Source: an uncultured Spirochaetota bacterium
GTDB taxonomy: Bacteria > Spirochaetota > Spirochaetia > SZUA-6 > Fen-1364
DNA: 64,000 bases
Direction: 5' to 3'
Assembly: GCA_963745235.1 (NCBI GenBank)
Contig: CAVUXE010000052.1
Location: 160,001 to 224,000, forward strand
The notes below the pieces were generated by a model that made no database searches, was not told the origin of the DNA, and saw only the letters and a list, made by a program, of their open reading frames with translations. The stretch's first letter is position 1, and every line of letters starts with the position of its first letter. Shown here one piece after another: positions 30,976-44,999 of this stretch. The position numbers and the translations under genes were made by a program.

Positions 30976-33042
30976 ATGAGTGTTCCGACGCGCTCACTGC
31001 GAAACGTCGCCTTCGCCGGTCACGGCAGCACGGGCAAGACTACCCTGGTCGAGGAGCTGCTCGTCGCCGGCGGCGTGGTCCCCAAGGCGGAGAAAGTCGA
31101 ATCCGGAAAGACGGTGAGCGACTTCACCGAGGAAGAGATCGCCAGGAAGATCTCCGTCCACATGTCCGTGACTCACGTCACCTGGAAAGACTGCAAGATC
31201 AACATTCTGGACACCCCGGGCTCCGCCGACTTCGTCGGAGAAGTCTGCGCTGCTTTCCGCGTGGCTGAAAGCGCCGCGCTCCTGGTTGGCGCCGACGTGG
31301 GTGTCCAGATAGAGACCATCAAGCTCTGGAGGCGCCTCACCGCCATGTCCCTGCCGCGGTTTGTCGTCGTGAACAAGATGGAAAAGGAGCGCGCGGACTT
31401 CTCCCGCAGCGTTGCGGACCTCGCGGACAAGTTCAAGACGCCGTTTGTTCCCGTGATCATCCCCATCGGCGCGGGCGCGGATTTCAAGGGCGTCGTTGAC
31501 CTCGTCGACCAGAAGGCATATATCGGCGGGAAGGAAGCCCCTGTTCCCGAGGCCTCGAAGAAGGAGGTCGAAAGCGCCCGCCAGAAGCTCGTTGAGAGCG
31601 CCGCGGAAGGAGATGACACGCTCATAGAGAAGTTCTTCTCTGATGGCACTCTCACCCCGGATGAGATCAGGCGGGGGCTCGCGGGAGGCATGAAGTCCGG
31701 CAAGATCGTGCCCGTGGTCTGCGCCGCCGGCCTCATCGGGGCCGGTGTCTCATGCCTGCTGGACTTCATTGCGTACGCCGCCCCCTCCGCGGAAGGGACC
31801 GCGAGGGGCAAATCTCCCGACGGCGCGGAGCTCATCCGCAGCGTGTCGGACACCGAGCCTGCGTCCTGTTTCGTCTACAAGACCGCCATGGACCAGTTCA
31901 CCGGCAAGATCTCGTACTTCAAGGTGATGTCAGGAAAGGTGTCCGCAGACGCCGACCTGGCGAACGCCCGCGAAGGCAAGAAGGAAAAAATCACGAAGGT
32001 CTATACCTGCCAGGGCAAGAAGCTGGAGGACGCGGCGGACCTTTCCGCGGGGGACCTCGGCATGTTCACCAAGAGCGCTTCCCTTCGGACGAATGACACG
32101 CTGCAATCGCCGGATGCCCCCATTGCCTACCCGCCCCTGGAGCTGCCGACTCCCGTCCATTCACTTGCCATCTCGGCAAAGGCCAAGAAGGACGAGGACA
32201 AGATGAACCAGGCCCTCTTGAAGATTACGGATGAGGACCTCACCTTCCGGGTCGCGTATGAGAAGGAGACGAAGGAGACCGTCATCTCGGGAATGGGAGA
32301 GCTGCACATCTCCATGATCCTGGACAAGATCAGGGAAAACCAGAAGATCGACATGGAGACAAAAATCCCGCGCGTGGCCTACCGTGAAACCATCCAGGGC
32401 AAGGCGGAGGCCGAGTACACGCACAAGAAGCAGACCGGTGGCCACGGTCAATATGCGAAGGTCTCCCTCGAAGTGAACCCGATACCGCGCGGAGAGAAGT
32501 ACAAGTTCACCAACGCGATTTTCGGCGGGGCGGTGTCGCGTGGCTACATCCCGGGCGTCGAAAAGGGAGTCATCGAGGCCATGGAGGCGGGGGTCCTTGC
32601 CGGTTACCCCGTGGTGGACGTGGAGGCCCGCATCGTGGACGGAAAAGAGCACCCTGTTGATTCCTCGGAGCTCGCCTTCAAGCTGGCCGCCCGGGAAGCG
32701 TTCCGTGAGTGCATGCGAAACGCCAAGCCGGTGCTCCTGGAGCCGGTCTGCAATCTCACCGTCTACGTTGACGATCAGTATCTGGGCGCTGTGCTGTCGG
32801 ACCTCAGCTCAAAGAGGGGCAAGGTGCAGGGGCAGACACCCATCGGCGGCGGGATAGAAGAGATCAAGGCGCAGGTGCCCCAGGCAGAGTTGATGCACTA
32901 CGCCATTGACCTGAAGGCGCTCACCGCGGGCACGGGATCATTCGAGCTGGAGTTTGACCACTACAGCCCCATCTCCGGCAAGATTGCGGATGACGTGATC
33001 AAGGCCGCCCAGGCAGCGAAGGCGGAGGAAAAGAAAGACTAG
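30976..33042 (+). CDS. Elongation factor G-like protein (EF-G II family)
   Basis: GHGSTGKTT, RKISV switch I, DTPG, HKKQTGGHGQY, HPVDSS. Confidence 0.9.
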   Translation: MSVPTRSLRNVAFAGHGSTGKTTLVEELLVAGGVVPKAEKVESGKTVSDFTEEEIARKISVHMSVTHVTWKDCKINILDTPGSADFVGEVCAAFRVAESAALLVGADVGVQIETIKLWRRLTAMSLPRFVVVNKMEKERADFSRSVADLADKFKTPFVPVIIPIGAGADFKGVVDLVDQKAYIGGKEAPVPEASKKEVESARQKLVESAAEGDDTLIEKFFSDGTLTPDEIRRGLAGGMKSGKIVPVVCAAGLIGAGVSCLLDFIAYAAPSAEGTARGKSPDGAELIRSVSDTEPASCFVYKTAMDQFTGKISYFKVMSGKVSADADLANAREGKKEKITKVYTCQGKKLEDAADLSAGDLGMFTKSASLRTNDTLQSPDAPIAYPPLELPTPVHSLAISAKAKKDEDKMNQALLKITDEDLTFRVAYEKETKETVISGMGELHISMILDKIRENQKIDMETKIPRVAYRETIQGKAEAEYTHKKQTGGHGQYAKVSLEVNPIPRGEKYKFTNAIFGGAVSRGYIPGVEKGVIEAMEAGVLAGYPVVDVEARIVDGKEHPVDSSELAFKLAAREAFRECMRNAKPVLLEPVCNLTVYVDDQYLGAVLSDLSSKRGKVQGQTPIGGGIEEIKAQVPQAELMHYAIDLKALTAGTGSFELEFDHYSPISGKIADDVIKAAQAAKAEEKKD

Positions 33043-33043
33043 C

Positions 33044-33463
33044 CTACAGGAACGGCCGCTCCGGGAGGAAGAAGTGCAGCACCGCGGCTGCTATCCCGAG
33101 CATTCCGAGAGTTGTCCGGTAGCCCACGGGAGGCCTCTCCGTCTTTTCCGAGCGTTCCACGGGGAGCACTGCGTCCTGGCGGAAGACCTCGAACAGGAGC
33201 GCAATACCCATGGCCATGCCCATCACGGAAGGGAACAAGTCCCCAATGATCAGCGGGCCTTCCACGGGCACGAAAAGCGTGCCAAAGCCGACAAGCATGG
33301 AGGCCAACCCGCTGATCAGCTTCGCGGACCGGCCTGACAGCGCGGCGGCAATCGGGGCAAACCCGTGGATCTTTTGCGCAATCCAATCCCCGGACAAAGA
33401 CAGCCCAGCGAGCAGATTGCTGACAATTGAAAGAAAATAGAACTGGAGCATTGGCGCAATCAT
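33044..33463 (-). CDS. Hypothetical membrane protein
   Basis: Four hydrophobic segments; in an operon with upstream genes. Confidence 0.7.
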   Translation of the reverse strand: MIAPMLQFYFLSIVSNLLAGLSLSGDWIAQKIHGFAPIAAALSGRSAKLISGLASMLVGFGTLFVPVEGPLIIGDLFPSVMGMAMGIALLFEVFRQDAVLPVERSEKTERPPVGYRTTLGMLGIAAAVLHFFLPERPFL

Positions 33464-33484
33464 AGGGATTCGGCGGACTGCCAG

Positions 33485-34024
33485 TCAAGGACCGGGCACG
33501 GGAAGTGAAAGAGTCCGCGATTGGCCCTCAATCTGCACGGTTGCGCGAAGCGTTCTTTCCGTGGCCGCGTACCTCATGGAAGCCCTCAGCGCGACCCGCG
33601 AACAGGAAAGAGTCCCCTGAGCCTGGACTTCTTCGCCTGTCTCCGGGAGAAAGAAAACCACCGAGACTCGCTGCCCGGTGCCTCCGACGCCGGGTCCAGC
33701 GGGACCCAGCCGGGAAAATGCGACTCCGACATCAAGGGTTTCCCCAAATACCCGGGCCTGCAGGGCCGCGTGCCAGCCGTCAATCTCCGCCCGGGAAGCG
33801 GACCTCGGGAGGACCCGCAGGATGATGGCAGCAATCAGAACCGCAATGAAAAGCGGTATCAGAGAGCCGCGCCGCATCCTGAGGAAAGAGCCAGGCCGCC
33901 GCCTCTCGGAATGGACCTGCGGGCGATGCCGCCGAGCTGCGCTTTCGATCACCTCCGCCAGCCTGTCTTCACGGTCGTCGTAGGCTTTCTTTCCCTTTTT
34001 CACCCGAAGGACAGGGTGTTTCAT
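33485..34024 (-). CDS. Hypothetical single-pass membrane protein
   Basis: Basic N-terminus, one TM helix, operon position. Confidence 0.6.
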   Translation of the reverse strand: MKHPVLRVKKGKKAYDDREDRLAEVIESAARRHRPQVHSERRRPGSFLRMRRGSLIPLFIAVLIAAIILRVLPRSASRAEIDGWHAALQARVFGETLDVGVAFSRLGPAGPGVGGTGQRVSVVFFLPETGEEVQAQGTLSCSRVALRASMRYAATERTLRATVQIEGQSRTLSLPVPGP

Positions 34025-34032
34025 CAACGACC

Positions 34033-35545
34033 TCAGCGGAGCATGCGCGAGATGAGCGGCACAAGATCCTCCGCCAGGAACCAGCCCATTCTCTCCCGTG
34101 CCTTGCGCCCGAGAGAGGCATGGAGCGAGACGCCGAACATTGCCGCATCCAGGGGGCTCATTCCCCCGGCGATACCTGCCGCGACGAGTCCTGCCAGAAC
34201 ATCGCCCGACCCCCCGGTGGCAAGTGCGGCATTGGGACCGTCGAGAATCCAGTACTTTCCAGACGGGGCCGCAACCATTGTGCAGTGGCCCTTGAGAACC
34301 ACCACGACCTCGAGTCGGGAGGACACCTCAACGACATGGCGGAGCGGACTGCGAAGCACATCGTCTCGAGGGACCCCGCTGATGCGAGCGAACTCCCCTG
34401 GATGCGGAGTGATGACCCAGCGCCCGCCCAGGCTGAGCGGCGCCCGCGCTGCAATCCGGGACAGAAGCGTGATTCCATCAGCATCGATCACCCCGGAGAG
34501 CTTCTGCGAAAGCAGGTGCTCCAGCCATCCCTGCCGCCCCTCTGTCAGGCCCCACCCCGGTCCGACCAGGAAGCCGGAATAGGCGCTCGGCTCCGGCCCA
34601 CCCCAGTCTGGGGGACGGGGCTCGTCCCAGGGCTTGACCATCACCGAGGTCGCCTTCTCTGCCAGGATGGGGTAGATGTCGCGCCCGACATGCAGGCTCA
34701 CAAGCCCGAGCCTGCTCCGCGCGGCGGCAGTTGCCGAAAGCCACGCAGCGCCGGTGGTTCCCGGCGAAGCCGGCGAACACGGCGAGGTGGCCGCGCCTGC
34801 CCTTGTGGGTGTCCGGTGGGATGGGCTTCAGGAGCCTCCTCCAGGCGTTGAAGGAAAGGCTTTCTCCCGGGATGGAGGGGTCATCAACAAGAACGGGAGG
34901 AAAGCCAACCGGCGCCACGAGGATCCTCCCGCACAAGGCGCGCGCATGCGGCAGGTAAAGGCACGTCTTGGGCAAACCCATGGTCAGCGTGAGGTCGCAA
35001 CGCACGGCGGGCCACGCGGGATCAAACGAGTCGGACACGCCGCTCGGCACGTCGATGGCGGCCCTTTTCCCCGGAGATGCATTCATTGCTTCGACAAGGT
35101 CTGAAAGGGGAGCCCGAAGAGATCCCTGAAGCCCTGTGCCCGCTATCCCATCCAGGATCCAGGCCGCCTCCTGCAGGCGCGCCATGACCAGGTCTTTCTG
35201 CTCGGGCCAGGGGAGGCATTCAATTCCATACGCCTGGCAGATGGCGAGCATTCGAGCGGAGGACCCGCCCGGCGAGGGCAATCCCCCGGCGAGCACGATG
35301 GACAGGCCTGGCGCGCCCTGGCACAGCGCCCGGCGGGCCATGACGAGGGCATCACCGCCGTTGTTGCCCTTTCCGGCCGCGAACACGAGCGGTCCCCCGG
35401 GGAGCCTTCCCTGGCACTGAGTCTTGACGAAGAGAGACCAGGCGCTCACGCCTGCGTCTTCCATCAGAAACGCACCGGGAATCGCGAACTCGTCCTGGGC
35501 CCGCCGGTCGATCAGCGTCATGGCCTCCGAGCTCACGATCTTCAT
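34033..35545 (-). CDS. nnr: Bifunctional NAD(P)H-hydrate epimerase/dehydratase (frameshift near 34770)
   Basis: [39 protein letters not shown]. Confidence 0.92.
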
Positions 35546-35547
35546 TT

Positions 35548-36825
35548 TCAATCGCCCTTCAGAAGCATGTCGGATCTCCACCACGTCACGTGCGCCCTGG
35601 TCTGGTCCACCAGGAGGCCGTACACGAGTCCCGTGGGGGAAAGTCGAAGATCGCGAAAGCTGAGCTCCGAGTCCTCGATGACCATGTACCGCCTGGCCCG
35701 TACTCTTCCCCCCTGGTCCAGGATCTGCAGCGTATAGAGATTGGAGTCGGCGAATCCGAGGAGGTAGTAGAATCCGTTCGCGCTCACGCCAATCAGGTCA
35801 TTGGGCGGCGCAGGGATTTCGGTTGTCTTGAGCCCGGCCGTTTCCTTGCGGGGAGGATTCTGCGGAAGGTCGACAAAGGAGTCGTACCGGCGGGTCCGGA
35901 GGTTCAACCGGTACACGCGCGCGGTGACGGAATCATCCTGGGACGAATTGGCGCGCGCGGGGTCATCCGAAGGCTCGCGATACAGGTAGACCATGAAATA
36001 GAGGAACGGATTCTGCATGTCGGGAATGATATTCACGAGCGCCGGAGTCACTCCCTTTTCAGCCGTGACGGGAAGGTGGGCGGAATCGATTTCCACCTGG
36101 TAGAGCAGCGTGCCTTCCCGGGAATACCAGAAGACCTCCCAGGACTGGGGCAGGCGTGTCACGACAACCAGATCGTCCTTCGCGGTGACGTGCATTGCCA
36201 TGATATAGGGAAACGGCGTCCCCCCGATGCCTTCCTGTCCCAGGTACCCCTCGGGTTTACCCTTGCGGTCAAAGCGCAGGACAACCCGGGTGAGAAGCAC
36301 ACCGTGAGCGCTGTCCTTCACGACTTTCGCCTCGGGAACGCCGTCCTCCACGTACAAGGTCCTATCGCTTGCGACCGCGATCTCTCCGATGTCCATGAAG
36401 GGATAGCTGACCGCGCCTCGTGTGCTGACCAGGTCGTCTGGCGAGGTCTTGTTCTGGTCGCTGCTTGCGCTTGCCGGAGCGCTGGGCGCCGGCTGATCCA
36501 TGAACACCGGGGCGGGGTTGGTCTGCGCGTTGTACAGGAGGAAGATCAAGTCACCGTAGGAGGAGAAAACCATCACCTTGCCGGAGTTTCCGTTGGCAAG
36601 GTAGAACCATCCGTCCCTCATGTAGATGCGCGTCTTTTTCTCCACGTTGCCGCCGCTCGACGGGAACAGGTCGACCTGGTTGTCCAGCTTGCCAAGGGAA
36701 AGAGAGAAAAGCTCCGTCCCAACGAGCTCCTCGATCTCTTTCTTCTGGCACCCGACAAGCGACAGGACGGAGACAACGACGGGAATGACAACGGCTATGG
36801 AGGCTGTGAAGAAGCGGCGCGACAT
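35548..36825 (-). CDS. Spirochaete-type lipoprotein, probable beta-propeller
   Basis: Lipobox LVGC; [15 protein letters not shown]; start chosen from promoter position (alternative 36837). Confidence 0.75.
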   Translation of the reverse strand: MSRRFFTASIAVVIPVVVSVLSLVGCQKKEIEELVGTELFSLSLGKLDNQVDLFPSSGGNVEKKTRIYMRDGWFYLANGNSGKVMVFSSYGDLIFLLYNAQTNPAPVFMDQPAPSAPASASSDQNKTSPDDLVSTRGAVSYPFMDIGEIAVASDRTLYVEDGVPEAKVVKDSAHGVLLTRVVLRFDRKGKPEGYLGQEGIGGTPFPYIMAMHVTAKDDLVVVTRLPQSWEVFWYSREGTLLYQVEIDSAHLPVTAEKGVTPALVNIIPDMQNPFLYFMVYLYREPSDDPARANSSQDDSVTARVYRLNLRTRRYDSFVDLPQNPPRKETAGLKTTEIPAPPNDLIGVSANGFYYLLGFADSNLYTLQILDQGGRVRARRYMVIEDSELSFRDLRLSPTGLVYGLLVDQTRAHVTWWRSDMLLKGD

Positions 36826-36835
36826 CTGCTTCGCC

Positions 36836-36882
36836 ATGGTAGCGGGCTTCCCTTGACCTGTCAATCTCTCGAAGGGTACATT
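36836..36882. promoter_or_regulatory. Back-to-back divergent sigma70 promoters around palindrome TTGACCTGTCAA
   Basis: Minus strand TTGACA-17-TACCAT; plus strand TTGACC-18-TACATT. Confidence 0.55.
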
Positions 36883-36888
36883 GGCCGT

Positions 36889-39687
<2,799 letters not shown>

Positions 39688-39690
39688 GTC

Positions 39691-40800
39691 CTACCGTGTC
39701 ACCCGGTAGCGGGTGTGCGCAAGGGTCGCCCCGAACCCGTACGCCAGCCCCGCGCCTGTGACGGCAAGGCTCAGCGCCTGGAGCAGCGTTCCGACCCGCG
39801 CAAGCGCGGCGGATCGAAAGGCGGTGAGAAGGATACCGGCAAGAGCGGGCACGTTCACCAGGAACAGCGCGAGCAGACCAGAGGTAAAAAGGGAAAGCGA
39901 CTCTTCGCTTCCGGCTGCCCTGCGCCCCTTGGATGCGCGGACCCAGCCACCGATGGCCGTGCAGAGTGCCATGTATCCGTCCAGCGCCAGGAGAAAGACC
40001 ACCAGGACAAGCAGCGGCAGCAGGAGGACCCCGACCACGGAGGCGATGATCAGAACGACGGCCAGGGGGATCACCACGAGGGAGACAACAAGGGTTATGA
40101 GGGCTTGCCGCCAGAGCGACGGCAAGGCCTGCTGCATCTGACGCGCATGGGTGGCAAGGTAGTAGGAGCTCAGGAACAGCGCCGAGCCAAAGAGGACATA
40201 GCCCAGGACAACGCCGGCCAGCTCGAGGGCCTGCGCTGAAAACTGCGTCCCCAGGACCCCGAGCAGGGGGACTTTGAGGCCGGGGAGCTGACTCACCGTC
40301 CCGCCCACCACGGCACGCGGACTGGCATTCAGCCTCCCGCCTATCACGACGACATTGCCGGTCACTTCCGCCCTCGGGGAAAGTTCAGCGTCCGCACCCA
40401 CCACCCAGAGGTCCCCGTCCACGCGGGAATCCACTGTCACCCGGCCCCCCACGCTGAGAAGGTCTCCCCTGTGCGGTGAGCTCACGACCACGGGCGCGCC
40501 GATGCTCGCGCCTCCGCCCATGAGAAAAGCAAATCCGTTCAGCCCGATGGAGACGCTTGTTTCTCCGTTTCGATAGACGACCCTGAGGGGAAGCACGCTC
40601 ACCAGTCGTCTCTGCTCACCGGATCTCTCCATCAGGCCGAAGGAGAGACCGAGACTCGCCGTCCCGTCTCCCACTTCGATCAGCCCGGGCTGGAGGCGGA
40701 TCCCCGCCCCCGCGGATCGCTCAGTGGTGTCCTGCGAATACGCTCGAAATAGGCAGAAAAGAGCGAGAAGGGCAATGACGACCAGGACGAGCTTTCTCAT
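39691..40800 (-). CDS. Membrane protein with bactofilin-like beta-helix repeats
   Basis: Signal peptide; GDLLSVGG/VDGDL/VTGNVVVIGG repeats; C-terminal TM helices. Confidence 0.7.
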   Translation of the reverse strand: MRKLVLVVIALLALFCLFRAYSQDTTERSAGAGIRLQPGLIEVGDGTASLGLSFGLMERSGEQRRLVSVLPLRVVYRNGETSVSIGLNGFAFLMGGGASIGAPVVVSSPHRGDLLSVGGRVTVDSRVDGDLWVVGADAELSPRAEVTGNVVVIGGRLNASPRAVVGGTVSQLPGLKVPLLGVLGTQFSAQALELAGVVLGYVLFGSALFLSSYYLATHARQMQQALPSLWRQALITLVVSLVVIPLAVVLIIASVVGVLLLPLLVLVVFLLALDGYMALCTAIGGWVRASKGRRAAGSEESLSLFTSGLLALFLVNVPALAGILLTAFRSAALARVGTLLQALSLAVTGAGLAYGFGATLAHTRYRVTR

Positions 40801-40819
40801 TGAGGGCACCCCTCGGTTA

Positions 40820-41857
40820 TTATCGGAGTCCGGAGACAAAAAGTGCCGGGTTCTGCGGCACGCCGAACTTCCTCACTTCGAAGTGCAGGTGCGGGCCGGT
40901 GGCATAACCGGTTGCGCCGACTGCGCCGAGGATCGAGCCTCGTACCACCCTGGTTCCCGGGCCCACGAGAATGCGGCTCATGTGACCATAGACATAGGAG
41001 TAGCCGAGCTGTCCCCTCACCTCGACATAGTTGCCCAGCACATCGTCCCACCCTGCGTCGCGAACAACCCCCTCGGTGGCTGATCTCACCGCCGAGCCGT
41101 AAGGAGCGGCGAGGTCGACTCCGTTGTGTTTTCTCCGCTGTCCGGTGAAGGGGTCCGAGCGGAAGCCGTAGGGCGAAGTCTCCCACGCGCTGGGCAGCGG
41201 GTTGGAAACCGCGACGCCCAGGGAGAGGCTGTACTCGTAGCCCGTGTGTTGAACGCCGGGGAAAAACAGCTGCTGCCCGGGCGCGATCTGGTCTCTCGTC
41301 ACGGCGTTGGCCGCAAGCACCTCTTCCGGTGACACGCCCTTCTTCCTGCAGAGGGCGTCGAAATCCGAATCAAGGGTCACGAATATGCCATCCTGCGTGG
41401 GGATCCGTATCTGCTCGCCCACCGAGAGGCTGTGCACTCCCCTTCCCTCGGACCGATTCAAGGAGGAAATCGTGTCCGGATTCAATCCCAGCTTCTGCGC
41501 GATTCCCGTGATCGTGTCCCCCGGCCTGACACGATACAGCAGGAAGCTGACCGGGGGCTGAGCCAGGGAGAACCCCCCGACGGGCTGGCCGGGCGGGACG
41601 GACCTTTGCGCGTTCGCAACCGAGGCCGCCCTGACGGCTCCCGTGCTGTCGTGGCCGCGAGCGTCCCCCAGCAGCATTGACCAGTCGGACGGATCGAAGA
41701 GCACCGGCTCCCCCGGAGGGGGAAAGGGCATCCGTGCGCCCAGCACAAGCACGACCGTGGTCGCCGCGATCATCAGCGCCGCGGCCTTGAGAACCGGCCG
41801 TCGAAGCTTTGCGATGGGAAGGTTGCCAATCACGTCCCGAAGCCTGGTTGAAGCCAT
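40820..41857 (-). CDS. LysM / M23 peptidoglycan endopeptidase
   Basis: YRVRPGDT, HNGVD, YGHM, TGPHLHF. Confidence 0.92.
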   Translation of the reverse strand: MASTRLRDVIGNLPIAKLRRPVLKAAALMIAATTVVLVLGARMPFPPPGEPVLFDPSDWSMLLGDARGHDSTGAVRAASVANAQRSVPPGQPVGGFSLAQPPVSFLLYRVRPGDTITGIAQKLGLNPDTISSLNRSEGRGVHSLSVGEQIRIPTQDGIFVTLDSDFDALCRKKGVSPEEVLAANAVTRDQIAPGQQLFFPGVQHTGYEYSLSLGVAVSNPLPSAWETSPYGFRSDPFTGQRRKHNGVDLAAPYGSAVRSATEGVVRDAGWDDVLGNYVEVRGQLGYSYVYGHMSRILVGPGTRVVRGSILGAVGATGYATGPHLHFEVRKFGVPQNPALFVSGLR

Positions 41858-41870
41858 GATCGCGCCAAGA

Positions 41871-43032
41871 CTATTTCAAGAATGCGAGCGGGTCAACCGC
41901 TTCCCCGTTTCTGAAGATCGAGAAGTGGAGGTGGGGACCGGTGCTGTAGCCGGTCGTGCCGAGCTCCCCGATCTTCTCCCCCTGCTGGATCTTCTGCCCT
42001 CGCTCCACCACGTAGTGGCTGAGATGGCCGTACAAGGTCTGGTAACCCGAGTGACGCAGGATGACATAGTAGCCGTAGTTGTTGTTGAATCCGACATCCT
42101 CCACGGTCCCCGCCATGGCAGCCATGATGGAGGTGCCCGGGGCGTTCACGATGTCAACGCCATTATGGAATCTCTTCACCCCGGTGAAGGGATCCGGCCG
42201 AATGCCGAAAAATGAGCTGATCTTGCCGCGCACGGGATAGATGAAGAGGTTTCCGAGGATCCTGTTCAGGTCGTTCGTCCGCATGTGCGCGCCGGGGAGG
42301 AAAAGCTCCTGGCCCACGGAGATCACCGAGCTCGGCAGGCGGTTCCAGTCAAGGAGAGCGTTGAGAGAGAGGCCGTTGCCGCGGGCAATCTGCTCCAGGG
42401 TGTCACCGCGGCGCACCGTGTACTTCAGCCCGTCCGCGTTCGGTATGCCCAGCGTTGTCCGGGGCGGATGGAACGGGCGTCACGGATGTCGTTCCAGCTG
42501 AGGACCGTATCCAGGTTCAACTTGAACTTCTGGGCGATCTGGGAAATCGACTCGCCTGACTGGGCCCTGTAGTCAGAGACCTTCAGGGTGCTGGAAAGAA
42601 GGGGATTTGCGGCGGCGCGTGCCGGCGGCGCCTCCTCGGGGACCAGCATCCTGTAGAGATCCTGGTCGGTTTCCGGCGGGCTTGGCAGAAGAGGTCTCTG
42701 GAGCGGCAGGGCAGCGGTGCGGACACGGGGAACAAGAAGCACGGTCGCAAGCAGGACAATGGCCAGGACGGCAAGCGCCAGAAGCGACAGCCGGACAAGC
42801 TTCGGGAGCTTTCGCGCCGATTGCCCCGGAAGCCCGCGTCCGGGGCCTGCGGGCGCCTGTCCCCGTCCTGCTGCGAGCGGGACGCGACGAAACGGGCCGG
42901 TATGGCCGCGGCGCTTTGCCAACGAGGAACCCTGCCTGACATGCCCCGCATCCGCGTGCCGGGGTGAGCCTTGATGCGCAGAGGCATGGCTCCGCGCTTC
43001 TGGACGTGCTGGCGTTGGAGGACTGCTATCAT
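41871..43032 (-). CDS. LysM / M23 peptidoglycan endopeptidase (frameshifted)
   Basis: TM helix, two LysM domains, HNGVD, YGHL, STGPHLHF across three ORF pieces. Confidence 0.85.
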
Positions 43033-43051
43033 ACGCGCTCTTACCCACATA

Positions 43052-43080
43052 TCGACATTTGTTTCGCCGCATATTACAAT
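43052..43080 (+). promoter_or_regulatory. Sigma70-type promoter of the PBP-maf pair
   Basis: TCGACA-17 bp-TACAAT. Confidence 0.55.
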
Positions 43081-43103
43081 GTTCGCGGGAGGGGACCCGT
43101 TCT

Positions 43104-44999
43104 GTGACCGATCGCCGGGAGAAGACTCGCTCGACGCGGCGTCTCTTCATCTTCGCGGGCATACTCGGGCTCGCTGCGGTTGCGCTCCTTGTCCAGCTGG
43201 TGCGCCTCACCATCCTCCTTCCCGCCCGTGAAGGGACCGATACTCTTGTCATGCCCCAGGTGGAAAGGGGCGCAATTCTGGACCGCCAGGGGAGAATCCT
43301 TGCTGTCACGACGCGCCAGCGCCGGATCTCCGCCTGGGTGCCCGGCTTGACGAACGCCCAGGAAAGCGCCTCGCTGCTTGCCCGGACGCTGGGCATGGAC
43401 CAGGCGGCCCTGCTGAACAGCTGGAGCCGCCACGATGGATACGTCGTGGTGAAGCGCAAGGTCACCCCGGAGGAGGCGCAGGCCATCACTGCTTTGAAAG
43501 CGCAAGGGAAGCTCGCCGGGGTCCGCGTGGAGGATGACTTCGGAAGGTTCTATCCCCAGGGGAGGCTCGCGTCCCATGTGGTGGGATACGTGGGGGCGGA
43601 CAACGTCCCGTGGGACGGGATCGAATACACTTTCAACGACGACCTGGCACCGCAGCCGGTGGGGACAGACTCCGACACGGTGTTCGGCAGCCAGGTCTTC
43701 CTCACCATCGACGCGGGAATCGAATACCAGGTCGAAAAAATCGCCCGCGCCGCCTTCGAGGCGAACAAGCCGGACTCCCTCACGATTCTCGTGATGGATT
43801 CGCGCTCGGGGGAGATCCTTGCCTATTGCTCTCTGCCCGACTTCGATCCCAACGAGTTCCAGGGGGATTCCCCCATCATCGATCGAAACTCTCTGATCAA
43901 TCGTCCCCTTGCCGTATCCTATGAGCCGGGCTCGACCTTCAAGATCTTTTCACTCTCCTCCCTGCTGGAGCTGGGTGCCATTACGCCGGAGAGTCACTTC
44001 TTCACGCCCGGGTTCTACGTGAGGCGCCTTTCAAACGGGGACACAATCCGTATCGGGGACGTCGGAAAAAACGGCAACCTCACCCCGCGGGAGATCATCG
44101 AATACTCGAGCAACTCGGGCGCCGCATATGCCTCGGACAAGACAGACAACGAGAGCCTCTACCGCATGCTGACGCGCTTCGGCTTCGGGAGGCCCACCGG
44201 CCTTCCGCTCCTGGGGGAAACGGCCGGGCTCCTGCGCAAGCCCTCTCTCTGGTCCGCGCGCTCCAAGCCCACTGTCACCATCGGCCAGGAGATTTCCGTG
44301 TCCGCCGTCCAGATGGTCCAGGCGGCAACCGCCATCGCCAACGGCGGGGTTCTCCTGAAACCCATCATCGTGAAGAAGATCGTGTCCCCGGACGGCAAGG
44401 TGGTCAGGGAGTACAGCCGTGAGCCGCTCTGGGAAGCGGTCTCACCGGGCGTGGCCGGTGAGATGCTGGACTTCATGGAAGCAGCGACATCCCCGGCCGG
44501 CACGGCCCGCAGGGTCGCAATCCCCGGGATCCGCATCTCCGCGAAGACGGGAACGGCGCAGGTGGCTTCCGCGACCGGCGGCTATTCCGACAGCGATTTC
44601 ATCGCCTCCCTGCTGGGCATCTTCCCCACGGATGACCCGCGGCTGATCATATACGTGGTGATGCAGAATCCCAAAGGGCAGAGCTACTACGGCTCGACCA
44701 TCGCCGCCCCTATTTTCCACGACGTGGCCGTGGCCATCGTCGACCTCCTGGGGATCCCGCGGGAAGGGACCAGGTCGGTGAACGCGCCGGCCGAGGTGGC
44801 GGTAACGCTTCCCCGACAGGTGGAGATCGCAGCTGTCATGCCCGACCTCCTGGGAACCCCGAAGAGGCTGCTTCTCCCGCTCCTTCTGCGAAAGGACATC
44901 TCGGTCTCGATCAAGGGCAGCGGCTTTGTCGTGAAGCAGGACCCGCGGCCAGGCGCGCCTGTCGCTGCGGGAATGAAGATAACGCTGGAGCTGCAGTGA
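43104..44999 (+). CDS. ftsI: Class B penicillin-binding protein (FtsI/PBP3-like) with PASTA domain
   Basis: RGAILDR, RFYP, EPGSTFK, SSN, KTGTAQ. Confidence 0.88.
   Translation: MTDRREKTRSTRRLFIFAGILGLAAVALLVQLVRLTILLPAREGTDTLVMPQVERGAILDRQGRILAVTTRQRRISAWVPGLTNAQESASLLARTLGMDQAALLNSWSRHDGYVVVKRKVTPEEAQAITALKAQGKLAGVRVEDDFGRFYPQGRLASHVVGYVGADNVPWDGIEYTFNDDLAPQPVGTDSDTVFGSQVFLTIDAGIEYQVEKIARAAFEANKPDSLTILVMDSRSGEILAYCSLPDFDPNEFQGDSPIIDRNSLINRPLAVSYEPGSTFKIFSLSSLLELGAITPESHFFTPGFYVRRLSNGDTIRIGDVGKNGNLTPREIIEYSSNSGAAYASDKTDNESLYRMLTRFGFGRPTGLPLLGETAGLLRKPSLWSARSKPTVTIGQEISVSAVQMVQAATAIANGGVLLKPIIVKKIVSPDGKVVREYSREPLWEAVSPGVAGEMLDFMEAATSPAGTARRVAIPGIRISAKTGTAQVASATGGYSDSDFIASLLGIFPTDDPRLIIYVVMQNPKGQSYYGSTIAAPIFHDVAVAIVDLLGIPREGTRSVNAPAEVAVTLPRQVEIAAVMPDLLGTPKRLLLPLLLRKDISVSIKGSGFVVKQDPRPGAPVAAGMKITLELQ

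Noticed and set aside
35590-36888. 1365-aa SecA with a long N-terminal extension
   Set aside because: The extension is the antisense shadow of the lipoprotein gene; SecA homology starts at ATG 36889
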